DNA of 57,131 nt from a virus (lineage: Duplodnaviria > Caudoviricetes), in IMG/VR virus record IMGVR_UViG_3300002898_000197, positions 1 through 57,131 of that record. One strand, 5' to 3'. Below the pieces are notes generated by a model. The model was not told where the DNA came from, searched no databases, and saw only the letters and a list, made by a program, of their open reading frames with translations. Below are positions 19,680 through 31,600 of this stretch, piece by piece. Position 1 is the stretch's first letter. The number at the start of each line of letters is the position of its first letter. The position numbers and the translations under genes are program-made.

Positions 19680-20568
19680 AAAATATTATTTAAATTTTAA
19701 AACACAACAACCTATTAATTACAATGGATTAATTATACATCAGCCTTCATTTAACGAAATAATGAAATATGGAATAGATATATATAATCGAATAATATTA
19801 ATATATGCTCTCACTTTAGATTGTTTTGATATTTTAGATAATAAAGATAATATAAGTTTATTTGACCTAATACTAACTGACGAATATTTGTTAAATTGTC
19901 TGAGTGAATCATTATATATATTTACTAAAGCTGATGAAGTAGTATTGTATAAGGCAAATAAGTATATTGAATTAAAGTTTTTTGAAACTCAAAAAGACTA
20001 TATAACTAAAAAAGTTAAAAAAATAAAAGAACCTAACCAAAATATTACAAAGCACTATTATTCATTATTTAATTGGTTGTATCAAAAAATAAGAAAATGC
20101 TTTAATAAAGAAGATATAATAGAATTTGAATATATCGATGTCACTGAAGAAGTAGTAGATAAAAAAGAAAAGACTTTTATTATTGATTCAAATAACTTTG
20201 ATGATATTAGTGATATAATTTTAAAGATTAATACTACTAAAAAAATTATTATAGAGAAACCACCAGAAAATATGTCCGAAAGACAAAGAGATGTATGGGA
20301 AAAACTTCAAGAAGGCAGAAATAAAGATGCTAAAAAGAATGAAATACATATTTACGATATATTAAATGTATGTGAATTTGGTGGCAATTATCATATTCCA
20401 ATAGAGGATATATGTAATTGGTCTTTATGGCGTATTATGAATTGTTATAAGGCAAGAACTAAATACAAAAATTATGATGATGGATTACAAATAGCTTTAG
20501 TGTCTGGTGATGGTAAAATTATTTCTGGTGAAAACCATTGGTTGCATCAATTAATGATTCGTGAATAA
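19669..20568 (+). CDS. hypothetical tail-assembly protein
   Basis: Overlaps the previous gene and precedes the tail tube gene. Confidence 0.55.
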   Translation: MEIEKYYLNFKTQQPINYNGLIIHQPSFNEIMKYGIDIYNRIILIYALTLDCFDILDNKDNISLFDLILTDEYLLNCLSESLYIFTKADEVVLYKANKYIELKFFETQKDYITKKVKKIKEPNQNITKHYYSLFNWLYQKIRKCFNKEDIIEFEYIDVTEEVVDKKEKTFIIDSNNFDDISDIILKINTTKKIIIEKPPENMSERQRDVWEKLQEGRNKDAKKNEIHIYDILNVCEFGGNYHIPIEDICNWSLWRIMNCYKARTKYKNYDDGLQIALVSGDGKIISGENHWLHQLMIRE

Positions 20569-20625
20569 CGAGTCATTTTTTTTATATAAAAAATTAAAAT
20601 TATGAAAGGTTAAAAGGTGATATTT

Positions 20626-21372
20626 ATGTTATATGCATTAAAAGACTGTGCAAATTTAAGAGTAGATAATTCCGCTGGAAAAACACAGATGTTTGTGAAT
20701 TATGCTAAGACGAGTTCTTTGGAATTTAGTTCAGATTCTGTGTTTGCTATGAATAAGAACGTTAAAGCAGTTCGCTTTGATTCAAATCGTGAGGGAACCT
20801 TCACAACAAGTATGGAGATTTTTCCCATGGACATGATTCCATTACTCTTCGGAACTAAATTTACTAATGAAACAGTTCCGTTTGCAAAGAGAGAGGTTTT
20901 AAAAGTTACAAGTGGTTCAGCTACATTAATAGGAACACCAAAAGTAGGTTCACTACAGGTATTTAAAGTTGAGAATGATGATAAAATAACTCATATTAAA
21001 GAACAATCCGTAGGGACTCCTGGAACATCTCCTGATACATATTCTATATCAGGTCAAACATTAACACTTAATGCTACTACGTTCCCTGATGATAATGGAT
21101 ATATTGCTTGTTATTATTTTGTAGATACTCCATCAAAGAGCTTTAAAGTGGATAATATTTCATTCCCAGGCGGTTATGTTGTATATGGTGATACTAACCT
21201 TAGAGGAACAGATCAGATTGATGAATTTGTTCAATTTAAGCTGCATAATGTTAAACCTCAGTCAAATTGTACGCTCACAATGGATGTAGATAATATTGCT
21301 ACGCTAGAAATAGTATGGGATATTATGGGCGATGCAGAAGGAAATATGCTTACTTGGAGTTCAATAGTATAA
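20626..21372 (+). CDS. major tail (tube) protein
   Basis: Beta-rich ~248 aa protein, position in the tail module; ATG at 20626 behind RBS aaggtga. Confidence 0.65.
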   Translation: MLYALKDCANLRVDNSAGKTQMFVNYAKTSSLEFSSDSVFAMNKNVKAVRFDSNREGTFTTSMEIFPMDMIPLLFGTKFTNETVPFAKREVLKVTSGSATLIGTPKVGSLQVFKVENDDKITHIKEQSVGTPGTSPDTYSISGQTLTLNATTFPDDNGYIACYYFVDTPSKSFKVDNISFPGGYVVYGDTNLRGTDQIDEFVQFKLHNVKPQSNCTLTMDVDNIATLEIVWDIMGDAEGNMLTWSSIV

Positions 21373-21386
21373 AGAGGAGGTAAAAT

Positions 21387-21635
21387 ATGGCTAAGGTAAT
21401 TTATACATGTTTTGCTATTCCTCCAGAAGGAATTTTCATTGGTAAGGTTTATGATACTGGAAAAGATGAAAAGGGATATTTTTATACTGATGGTAAAGAT
21501 AAGGTTTATGGTGATGAAGAATATATCAATACATTATTTTCTCCTGTAGAAGAACCTAAGACAGTAGATGTACCTAAAGCAAAAGAAGTAGAAGTTAAAA
21601 AATCTACATTTAAAGAACAGAAGAAACGTAAATAA
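21387..21635 (+). CDS. hypothetical protein
   Basis: RBS gaggagg. Confidence 0.7.
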   Translation: MAKVIYTCFAIPPEGIFIGKVYDTGKDEKGYFYTDGKDKVYGDEEYINTLFSPVEEPKTVDVPKAKEVEVKKSTFKEQKKRK

Positions 21636-21693
21636 ATTATTGAAGGCTAGGTGAAATATCCTAGCCTTATTAAAATGAATTGTGCTAATTATT

Positions 21694-21735
21694 ATAGGGA
21701 TTATACAATTCATTTTGTGTAATCCCTATTTTTTT
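21694..21735 (+). terminator. intrinsic terminator
   Basis: ATAGGGATTATACA/TGTGTAATCCCTAT stem plus T run. Confidence 0.7.
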
Positions 21736-21771
21736 ACGCTATACAAATTTGATAAGAATGGAGTGTTTAAC

Positions 21772-21984
21772 ATAGAAAATAAAATGACGTTAGCCCCACT
21801 GTCTGCTGAAGTAAGGCTTGTAAATCCAAAACAAGTTTATTACTACCTTTCTGAAGGCGTTTCCCCATTAAGGCTAGAGTGTGGATACGATGAAAAAATA
21901 GTCTTTATTTTTGAGAAGGAAGCTACCTTAAGATTATTTGCTAAATGGAGAGAACGAGATACTGGTTGGCAAGGTAATAAATAG
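21772..21984 (+). CDS. hypothetical protein (start ATA 21772 or ATG 21784)
   Basis: The track start lies in the terminator region; RBS ggagtg sits 6 nt before an in-frame ATA. Confidence 0.55.
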   Translation: MENKMTLAPLSAEVRLVNPKQVYYYLSEGVSPLRLECGYDEKIVFIFEKEATLRLFAKWRERDTGWQGNK

Positions 21985-22064
21985 AATACTAAACCTTGTA
22001 TGAAAGAGATTGATACAATGAGTGGTAATAGACACACAGACAATGATTTAAAGGAGGGTACAAA

Positions 22065-22268
22065 ATGAAAGAAAGCAAACCTATTTATGGATTTTATGAT
22101 CAAGAAGATTTCACAGGAGTAGTTTGGGAAACAGAAAAGGGAATGATAGTTACCATTAAAGGTAATATAAATCCAAATAATAATCTTTTTATTAAGAGTT
22201 GTGAAACAGGCGAAGATATTAAAGATATTGATATGAGAAATATGTTAATGGATATATTGGTGTTTTAA
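22065..22268 (+). CDS. hypothetical protein
   Basis: RBS aaggagg. Confidence 0.65.
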   Translation: MKESKPIYGFYDQEDFTGVVWETEKGMIVTIKGNINPNNNLFIKSCETGEDIKDIDMRNMLMDILVF

Positions 22269-22421
22269 CACAAGACCATCATCTTATCACATAATAATGA
22301 CTTTTATCTAAAAACAATCACATTATTATGTGGTAAAAATATGGAAAGAATTTATAGTGCAACAAACAGTATGTGGAAATGTTCAGGAAATTACAACGCG
22401 ATAAGATAGAAAGGATATAAA

Positions 22422-22991
22422 ATGGCTAAAGCATTAGAATTAACAAGTCCTATCCCACCCTCTGTAAATCATTATTTGGGCTGGCGAGCAGTTATGAGAG
22501 GTAATAAACCAATTGTAATGTCATATACAACTAGTGAAGCTAAAAAATATAAAAAAGCTTTTACAAACTATGTTATAGAACAGGCTAAACAACAAGGTTG
22601 GAATATATCAGATAACAGATTTCAACATTATTACATAGATACAACATTTTACTTCCCACGTATAGATATGGACTGCAATAACTATTGGAAATGCTTATTT
22701 GATTCTATAAGTGAGTCTAAATGTGTTTGGCTAGATGATACACAGGCATGTGAACGTGTTAAAGGTATTTATTATGACACTGCCAACCCAAGATTAGAAT
22801 TAACTATTTATCCAGTAGACTACATAGGTATTTTTGATAATCGTACCCAATTAGATGAATTTGAAACTAATTGCTTCCAATGTACTAGATATAGAAATGG
22901 GAAATGTAGTATTTTAACAAAAGTTAAAGAGGGTCGTATTCAAAAAGAAGTTATTAATAAATGTTGTAGTCAATACAAACTAAAAAAATAA
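22422..22991 (+). CDS. rusA: RusA-family Holliday junction resolvase with C-terminal Cys cluster
   Basis: PPSVNHY, DMDCNNYWKCLFDSI, DDTQ, PRLEL motifs. Confidence 0.88.
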   Translation: MAKALELTSPIPPSVNHYLGWRAVMRGNKPIVMSYTTSEAKKYKKAFTNYVIEQAKQQGWNISDNRFQHYYIDTTFYFPRIDMDCNNYWKCLFDSISESKCVWLDDTQACERVKGIYYDTANPRLELTIYPVDYIGIFDNRTQLDEFETNCFQCTRYRNGKCSILTKVKEGRIQKEVINKCCSQYKLKK

Positions 22992-23019
22992 ACTAAAAAT
23001 AATATCGGAGGTATAATAC

Positions 23020-23568
23020 ATGATAAATAAAATCAAAAATATATTCACTAAAAATAAATCCAATAAAATTAACATAATCAAAACTCACCTCGCACTCGAA
23101 GAGATGTTCCAATTTGTAAATAATTGTGTTGAGATGTGTTTTCTACAAGACGTAGAGGGTAAGGATATTGACTACTCTCCTCTTTGGAAAGATATAGCTA
23201 TCCTAAATTGCTTTGCAGAATATTATACAGACTATAAATCTTCTGACGATATAGAAGAAAACTATCTCACATATAAGGTTTTAAATCCTTGGAAGTCTAA
23301 GATTGACTTAGCACAATTTGCCACGATGATGGTTGCGATTGATGAAAAAGTTGAATATAGAAAAGCTAAATTATTACAAACACAAACTCCACTAGCTGGA
23401 CTGTTAGATGAAATTACCTCAATTATTAAAGGGCTAGGTGATAACTTTAATTTGGACGCCATTAGTGATTTAACCAAAATGCTAGGCAACATAGAGGGAA
23501 TTGATAATGAAAAAATGATTAAAGAAATAGTATCAGAAGGTGCACAAAATAAGGATAATGTGAAATAA
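23020..23568 (+). CDS. hypothetical protein, possible tail assembly chaperone
   Basis: Position upstream of the tape measure gene. Confidence 0.5.
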   Translation: MINKIKNIFTKNKSNKINIIKTHLALEEMFQFVNNCVEMCFLQDVEGKDIDYSPLWKDIAILNCFAEYYTDYKSSDDIEENYLTYKVLNPWKSKIDLAQFATMMVAIDEKVEYRKAKLLQTQTPLAGLLDEITSIIKGLGDNFNLDAISDLTKMLGNIEGIDNEKMIKEIVSEGAQNKDNVK

Positions 23569-23569
23569 T

Positions 23570-24010
23570 ATGGCTAAAGTTAGAAATATGGCTGAATTAG
23601 AAAAGGTTATGGGCGGGCTACTAGAAGAATACTTAAAATACATGGCTATTAGAATTGAAGATGTGATAAAAGATTTTGTCCAAACTGAATTTTATGATCA
23701 ATATGAGCCTGTGTATTATGAGCGTATGGAATGGATATTAAGAAAATGTACGTCAACTAAAGTTAAGAGACAAGGTAACACATACAATGTAATTGTATAT
23801 ATAGATCCCGAAGGAGTTAATTATGAAAGTGATTCGCCATCAGAAGTTTGGGGAAATATGGCTAATGGTTGGCATGGTAATATAGTTCAAACAGAAGGTA
23901 GATTTTGGGACGCTACGTTAGAATCAATTGGAAAAGGTGGAAATAATGATTTTTTCGAAACGTTTAAGATGTATTTAATTAGTAAAGGTATAGATGTGGT
24001 TAGGAAATAA
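23570..24010 (+). CDS. putative tail completion/neck protein
   Basis: Y..Y.P..YER pattern; synteny. Confidence 0.5.
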   Translation: MAKVRNMAELEKVMGGLLEEYLKYMAIRIEDVIKDFVQTEFYDQYEPVYYERMEWILRKCTSTKVKRQGNTYNVIVYIDPEGVNYESDSPSEVWGNMANGWHGNIVQTEGRFWDATLESIGKGGNNDFFETFKMYLISKGIDVVRK

Positions 24011-24089
24011 AATTATATTAATTTATAGAGTAGTAAGACTCATCATCTTACTACTCTTTTCTATTTACATTCTTTAGAAAGGAGATAAA

Positions 24090-25115
24090 ATGGCACGTTC
24101 AACAGTATATAATCAGATTACAACACCAGAGTTAATAGAGAAAATTTGCATTGAAAATAAAGAACTGTATGAGGACTTTTTAGGCTATCTTGCCAGTATA
24201 GATAGGGCAAAAAGTACGATAGATAGCTATAGAAATGATTTGGAAATTTTCTTTGTGTGGAATTTAACAGACAATAAGAATAAAGACTTTATAGATATTA
24301 CCAAGCGTGAATTTGCAAGGTTTCAAAATCATGCTTTAAATTCATGGGACTGGAGTTCTAACAGAGTTAGGAGAGTTAAGTCAGTATTATCTTCACTCTC
24401 TAATTTTATTGAAGATATTTTAGATGAAGAAACAAAGTATAAAAATTATAGATCGATAGTCAATAAAATAGAAAATCCTGTTAAAGAATCAGTTAGAGAA
24501 AAAACTATATTGTCAGATGAGCAAGTTGACATTCTATTAGATGCTTTGGTTGGGCAAGAAGAGTATCAAAAGGCGTGTGTTATAGCATTGGCGGCTTTAA
24601 GTGGTGCTAGAAAATCCGAGTTATTAAGATTTAAAGTTGACTTTTTTACAGATGACAATATTGTATTTGACGCTTTATATCGCACACCTAAAATTGTAAC
24701 AAAGGGTAGAGGCAAAGGAAAAATGTTAAATAAATATGTGTTATTAGAGTTTAAAAAATATTTAGACTTATGGCTAAAAGAACGAAAAAAAATAGGGATT
24801 GATAGCGAATGGTTATTTATAACAAAGCAAAAAGGCAAGTGGGAACGTATGAAAATTAGTACTCTTGATAGTTGGACAAATCAATTTTCTGAAATACTAG
24901 GTGTTCCATTTTATTTTCACTGTATGAGACATCAATTATGCACAAGACTTATTAGACACTCATTACCACAAAGTGTTATACAAGAGTATTTTGGCTGGAA
25001 TTCGGCAGAAATGATTTCGATCTATTCTGATTTAGACATTTCAGATGAGTTTGGTAAATATTTCAGTAAGGAAGGCATTATAAAAGTTGAGGAAGGTAAT
25101 TTTGACGAACTTTAA
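24090..25115 (+). CDS. tyrosine recombinase (YomM-like)
   Basis: SGARKSE, TKGRG, HCMRH, GW and C-terminal Tyr catalytic set; N-terminal SAM-like domain. Confidence 0.93.
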   Translation: MARSTVYNQITTPELIEKICIENKELYEDFLGYLASIDRAKSTIDSYRNDLEIFFVWNLTDNKNKDFIDITKREFARFQNHALNSWDWSSNRVRRVKSVLSSLSNFIEDILDEETKYKNYRSIVNKIENPVKESVREKTILSDEQVDILLDALVGQEEYQKACVIALAALSGARKSELLRFKVDFFTDDNIVFDALYRTPKIVTKGRGKGKMLNKYVLLEFKKYLDLWLKERKKIGIDSEWLFITKQKGKWERMKISTLDSWTNQFSEILGVPFYFHCMRHQLCTRLIRHSLPQSVIQEYFGWNSAEMISIYSDLDISDEFGKYFSKEGIIKVEEGNFDEL

Positions 25116-25156
25116 TACTACTCTCCCACAATAAAAGAGTCGTTTTATTGAGTTAA

Positions 25157-25501
25157 TTAAAACATATTTTTAACTAAAACTGCATATTCATATTGTTTTA
25201 AACTTAATAAACTTTTTTCACCACTCTTCCATTCTACTGCAACTATATGTGTACTTTTGTTTTTAGCAGATAAACCTGCGAGTACACCTACACCACCTAA
25301 TAGTGCAACCCCTACTGCACCACGAAGTATAGCACTAGATCCACTTTTAACAGTATCTTCTGTTATTACTTCATATTTTGCGAGTGTATTTTTATCTAAT
25401 CTAATCCAGTCGCCAAATATGTTTGGCTGTATATAAACAACATTACCTATATTATTTTTAACTTTTTTATCTTTATATTTACCATTCATAACATAACTCA
25501 T
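25157..25501 (-). CDS. moron-like hypothetical protein with Gly-rich hydrophobic segment
   Basis: Antisense within the tail operon, own promoter and RBS aaggagg; RGAVGVALLGGVGVLAG segment. Confidence 0.8.
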   Translation of the reverse strand: MSYVMNGKYKDKKVKNNIGNVVYIQPNIFGDWIRLDKNTLAKYEVITEDTVKSGSSAILRGAVGVALLGGVGVLAGLSAKNKSTHIVAVEWKSGEKSLLSLKQYEYAVLVKNMF

Positions 25502-25529
25502 AGAGATACCTCCTTAAAATGTTATAAAT

Positions 25530-25558
25530 ATTGTATCACATAAACGTTATAAATGCAA
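25530..25558 (-). promoter_or_regulatory. sigmaA promoter of the moron gene
   Basis: TTGCAT-17 bp-TACAAT with extended TG. Confidence 0.7.
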
Positions 25559-25648
25559 TATAAGATTTAGGTTTTTTAAGCACACCTTTTAATGAGGTGT
25601 TTTTTTAATTATAAATTTTAATACTTCAGAAAGGAGTGAAAATAAATT

Positions 25649-28600
25649 ATGGTTGATAATTTTCAAATTTTATTATCAGGAACGTTAGATAAAACCACTA
25701 CAAGAAATGTTTTAAATTCAGATATTGATAAAATAAAAGGGCAAATAAAACATATAGAATTAAGTGCTAAATTAAGTAAATCCTCCTTGGAATCAATAAA
25801 AAAACAAATTGGTAGTTTAAATAATCAGAGTGTCGACTTAAAAATTAATTCAGCAAGTAAAAATAATTTTAGTCAACAAGGAGCAAAAGCAGGACAAGAT
25901 TATGCTTATGCTTTTAATAAGGCATCAAATTTAAAATTAAGTATTAATGACGATGAAATTATTACAAAAACTAAAACTGTAATTAACAGAATGGATGCAT
26001 TAATGTCCAAGACTTTAAAATCTGATGTAAAATTGGATGCTACAAATCTTGAAAAGTTTGATGAATTAGCTGTTAAAGTTACTAGTTTAGAGGATGTAAA
26101 AAAGTTAAGAGAATACTTAGCGTTAGCAAATTCAGAATATTCAAAGCTGAATGCCTCGATGAGTGCTGATATACCTGATAGCGCAATAGAAAAGATGAAT
26201 ACTAATATCAGAGGAATACCTAGCGACATAGATAAGGTTAATGTTGGTTTTGCTAAATTAAAAAATCCGACAGCAGAACTACAAAATGAAATAAGTAATC
26301 TTGTAACAGATTATCAAAAACTTACTCAGTTTGATGAGACTGGAAATATAGAAGAAAAAATTGAATTATATAATAAGCTAACAGATAATATAAAGCATCT
26401 TAAGAAAGAAATAAATACAACATCTCAAGTTGAAAAATTAGAGCCTATGGACTTTCAAGTTGAAGCTACTCAATACAAAATTGAAGATTGGATGAGAAAC
26501 AATACTCGTGCTGCAAAGCATTTTAATAAAGAACTTGACGAGATGTTAATGAGATTAAAGAACGCAGACGCTCAGGAATTAAAAAATATAAATGGTGAGT
26601 TTGGTGCTTTAACTAAACAAGCAGATGCCTTTGGTAAATCTGGAAAGACTATGTTTGAAACGTTAAAAAATAACGCTTCCAAGTTCATCGGTTGGTTTGG
26701 AATATCTCAAGCTGTTATGGCTGGGACTAGAGCTATTAAAGATATGATTGGAGAAGTTAAAGTATTAGATGCTAGTATGATTAGTTTACGTAAAGTAACT
26801 AATGCAACAGAAAGCACTTATGATGATTTCTTTACTAACTCTACGCAAAAAGCCAAAGAACTAGGTTCTAGTATATCAGATTTTATAGAACTTTCAGCTG
26901 ATTTTGCAAGATTAGGGTACAGTTTAGGCGAATCTTCCGATTTAGCTGAGGTTGCTACTTTATATAGAAATGTTGGTGACGGCATTAGTGCTAGTGATGC
27001 GAGTGATAGCATAATTAGTACTATGAAAGCATTTAATATAGAAGCTGCGGATTCCTTGTCAATTATTGACAAATTAAATGAGGTTGGAAATAATTTTGCA
27101 ATTTCCTCAGCTGGTATAGGTGAAGCTTTACAGCGTTCGGCATCATCTTTAGCTAGTGCAAACAATACATTAGATGAGTCTATTGCTTTAATAACAGCTG
27201 GAAATACGGTTGTGCAAAATCCGGAGCAAGTAGGAACAGCTTTAAAAACACTATCTTTACGATTGCGCTCAACTTCTGCTGAAATAGAGCAAATGGGCGA
27301 AAGTACTGAGGGTGCTTTAGAAACAACATCTAAATTAAGACAATTGCTGTTAGATTTAACAGACCAAAAGGTAGATATTCAATTAGACGAAGATACATAT
27401 AAATCTACATATCAAATCATGTTAGAAATGTCAAAAGTAATGGACGACATGACGGATATGGAGAAAGCAACCGCCCTTGAAGCAATGTTTGGTAAACGAC
27501 AAGCAAATATTGGTACTAGTATTCTTCAAAATATGGCTGAAGCTGAAGATGTACTTACTACATCACTAGAATCTAGTGGATCAGCCCTTGAAGAGCAAGA
27601 GCAATATCAAAAGGGAATTCAGTACTCTTTAGATGTACTCAAGGCTTCAATGCAGGAGATGGCTAGTACTACTCTTGATTCTTCTACTATTAAGTTTTTT
27701 GTAGATTTAATGAACGTAATAGTTGAAACCACAAGTGCTTTGGGTGGATTAGTGCCTGTTTTTACAGCATTCGCTGTTGCATACTTTACATTTGCCAATA
27801 AAGAAAAGAACAACTTATGGCAAAAATTAATATTAAATATAGTTAATTATACAAGAAGTTTAAAGGGGGCTAAGGTTGCAACTGATTCTTTAAATGCCTC
27901 TATGAAAGTTGGGGCGGCGTTAACTGGCACAGCATTTCTTTTAGCGATACCTTTAATAGTAAAAGGTTTAGATGCTATGATTACAACTCTAGACGAACAA
28001 AAAGAAAAGCTACGTGAGACAGCAGAGGAATATAAAAATGTCAAGTCAGACTTAAAAGGCATAGAGGGTGAACTTGAAGCTGTCGCATTAAAGATGGATG
28101 AGCTTAATGCTAAGGATATTCCTACTTTTATTAAAGATGGTGAATTAGCAGAGCTCCAAAAGATTACAGAAGAATTATTAATTCAAGAGGGTATCTATAA
28201 AAGAAGAGAAAGTGCTAAAGCAAAAGAACTAGCTGAAGAGGCACTTAGAACCTATAATAAGCAATTTGGTGGCTATGAAGTTTCTCAAAGTAAAGTTGAC
28301 GAACATCTTGAAAACCTTATTGCAAGCCCTGTAAGTGGATTAACATCAGACGACAATGATATATCAGCCTTAGTTGCTGCATACCAACAAGCTATTAAAC
28401 AATCAAAAGAGGCGCTTGCTAATAATGATGATGAATTATATATGGAGTATAAAAGTGTAGCGGATGATATATCTTTAATGATAGACAATGTTACAGAAGA
28501 CATCATTTCTCTTAGGGCAACACTAGAAACTGTTCCTTTTGATGAATTGGGTGATGAAGGTGTAGAAGCTTTAACAAGGCTTAATGGAATGCTTGATTTT

Positions 28601-31600
28601 ATTCGTATAAAAATTCACCCTGATGAATGGGAGTCTATTAAATTTAAAGAAGTGTTTAACTCATCTGAAATGAAAGAAACACGTGAAGAATTAGAGGCGC
28701 TTGCCAAAGCAGGGGAATTAAATAGAACCGTATTTAGTGCTAATGAAAAGTATCAAGCATTACTAGAAAGAACAGGACTTACTGCTAAACAGGTTGTTGA
28801 TTATATAAATAGTATGTATGAGGCTACACCTGATACTCCTGAAACAGAAGAACTTAATATTGAAGTTAAAAATAAGTCCATAGATGATTTTCAAGACTCT
28901 ATTCAGTCAGTAGGCAAAGCACTGTCTGATTTTAAAAATTTAGACTCATCTTCTATTATTGACATTATGCAGAAATTCGGTGATTTTAATTGGAGTAAGT
29001 ATGGTGTTACTGGTGCAAAAGGTGTTGGCAATTTAGAGGACGCTTTGCGTGATTTAGCAAAAGAATTATTAGAAAATGTTAGTGAAATAGATGGCTTTAA
29101 TGATGCGTTACAGTCTATGTATGACGAAGCTATTAATACTGCTGACGGTACAAATGCTTTAACGGATGCAATTAGTGATTTATCTACATTTGCTAACGAT
29201 ATGAAAGCCTTAGATACTGCTTATGCTAAAATTGCTGAAGGTGAGAAAATTGATTCTTCTGATATAGTAGCACTACAAGAGGCTTTTGGTGACACTATTA
29301 ATTTTGAAAACTTTTTAAACGCAATAAATGATGTAGATAAAATTACTCCACAAGTTCAACAAGCCTTTAATAATTTAACCACAGAATTTGTACATACATC
29401 AGGTGTTTTAGATAACTTAACTGACGAAAATATAGATTTAGTAATTGCACAACTTGAATTAGAAGGAGTTACTAATGCTAATGTTATAGCTACAGAGAGA
29501 TTAGCATTGCAAAAAGAATATCTTGCTGCAACTGGTAAAAATCTAGCTGATGCCACATTTAATGAAGTAGTTGAGTTTGCTAGGTTAGAAACAACATCAG
29601 ATAATACTAGAATAGCTATTGCAAATTTAGCTCAACAAAAGATTAATGCTAACAATATAGCTCTTATGGTTGATGGTGATATAAAGAGTTTACGTAATTT
29701 AATGGCTGCTTTAGGAGCTACTACTAATGCTTTATCCTTATATAATACTGTAAAATCACGTGGATATGTACCGGGTATGCCATCTTCAGATTATAGCAAA
29801 TATTTAAAATCATTGATGTATTCAGCTCAAAGTGAAGTTGATTCATTTTTTAATAGCTTAAATGGACGAAACACTAATAGTAGTAAAACCGCGTATGCAA
29901 GTCCTACCGCAAAGAAAAATGCAGAAAAAAAGAATAAGGAAAAAAAAGAAGACAAAACAGACTATTATTTAGAAACTTTTGAACGTGAATTAGCTGAATT
30001 GCAATATAAACGGGAAAAAGATATTATTTCAGAAAAACAATATCTCGATTCACTCGATAATCTTAATAATCAATACTTTAAAGGTAAATCAAAATATTTA
30101 GACCAATATCGTAAATACGAGGTTGAAGTTTATCAAGGTTTGAAAAAACTCGAAGAACAACGCTTGTCTGATATACAAGGCAAATATGATGATAGACTTG
30201 CTGTTATTAAAAACTCTCAAGATGAAATTCAACATCAAATTGATTTACTAGAATCACAAGGTAATATTGTTGGAGTTGGGTTTTACAATCAATTATCCTC
30301 TAATGCACAACAACAAATTAAACTTTTAAATCAAGAAAAATCAGAGATACAATCACTATTTAATAAACAATTATCAAGTGGTTTTATTAAAAGTGGAACT
30401 GATGAATATTACGATTTCATACAAGCACTTAATGATGTTGATTCCCAAATTAGAGATCTAACACTTCAAACTGTAAATTGGGGCAAAGCAATTGAGGACG
30501 TAGTTGTTGATGCATTTGATAATTTAATTGATAATATAGAACATCTAAATAGTGAACTGTCTGTTTTGTATGATATGTTAGGTAGTAAAAAATTAACTGA
30601 TGAGGTAGGTTTTACAAAAGAAGGTATTGCTTCCATTGGTTTACTAGCACAACAAATTGAGGCTTCACAATTTAAGATTAAAGAATATTCTGATGAGATT
30701 GAACGTCTAAGCAAAAATTATGCAGAAAATGAAGAACGTATTGAAGAATTAAAAGAAGCACAATGGGATGAAATGCGTACTACTCAATCATTGCGTGATG
30801 CTATTGTAGATTTAAATAGAGAACGTGTTAAATCTATTGAGGAAGGTTTAAAGAAAGAATATGATGCATATCAGAAGATAATCCAAGCTAAAAAGGATGC
30901 ATTAGATTCTGAGAAAAGCTTAAATGGTTATCTAAATAGTATAGCAGAAAAAGAAAAAGATGTAGTTTCATTGCGTAGACAATTAACTACTCTTGAGTTA
31001 GATGATTCAGATGAAGCTAGAACTCGTTCAGCTTTGTTGCGAGAAGAATTAGCTAAAGCAGAAAAGGCATTACAAGAGGAGCAATATAATCATTCTATTG
31101 ATAAACAAAAAGAAGCTTTAGACAAAGAACTTGAAGATTATCAAGCACAAATAGACGAAAAGATGCTAACACTTGAGGAATATTTAGAGAATGAAAATCA
31201 AGTAATTGCTGATAGTTTAGGCTTGGCGAAGGAAAATGCGTCTGCCGTTGCTAGTGTAATAGCTGACCTTGCCATTGAGCATGGCATAGAGGTTTCTAAT
31301 GCTGTGGTTAATCCTTGGTTACAGGGTGCTAATGCTATTGCAAGCTATGGTGATGCTCTATCATCATTAACAAGCAAGTTTACAGCAGAGTTGAACAAGA
31401 TGGCTACTGAGATGGATAAACTGTTACAACAGGCTAATAAGACGTCAAAAGTAACAGTTTCAACTCCTAAGCCCTCTCCTGCTCCTAAGCCCTCTCCTAC
31501 TCCTGCTAAACCAACTACTAGCTCATCTTCTAGTCCTAAACCTTCATCTTCTAGTTCGTCTAGCAATAAGAAGAGTTTGCCTTTAGCTAGTGTTAGATAT

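Noticed and set aside
23020-24010. Programmed -1 frameshift of tail assembly chaperones
   Set aside because: No convincing slippery site linking the frames; the second ORF has its own ATG
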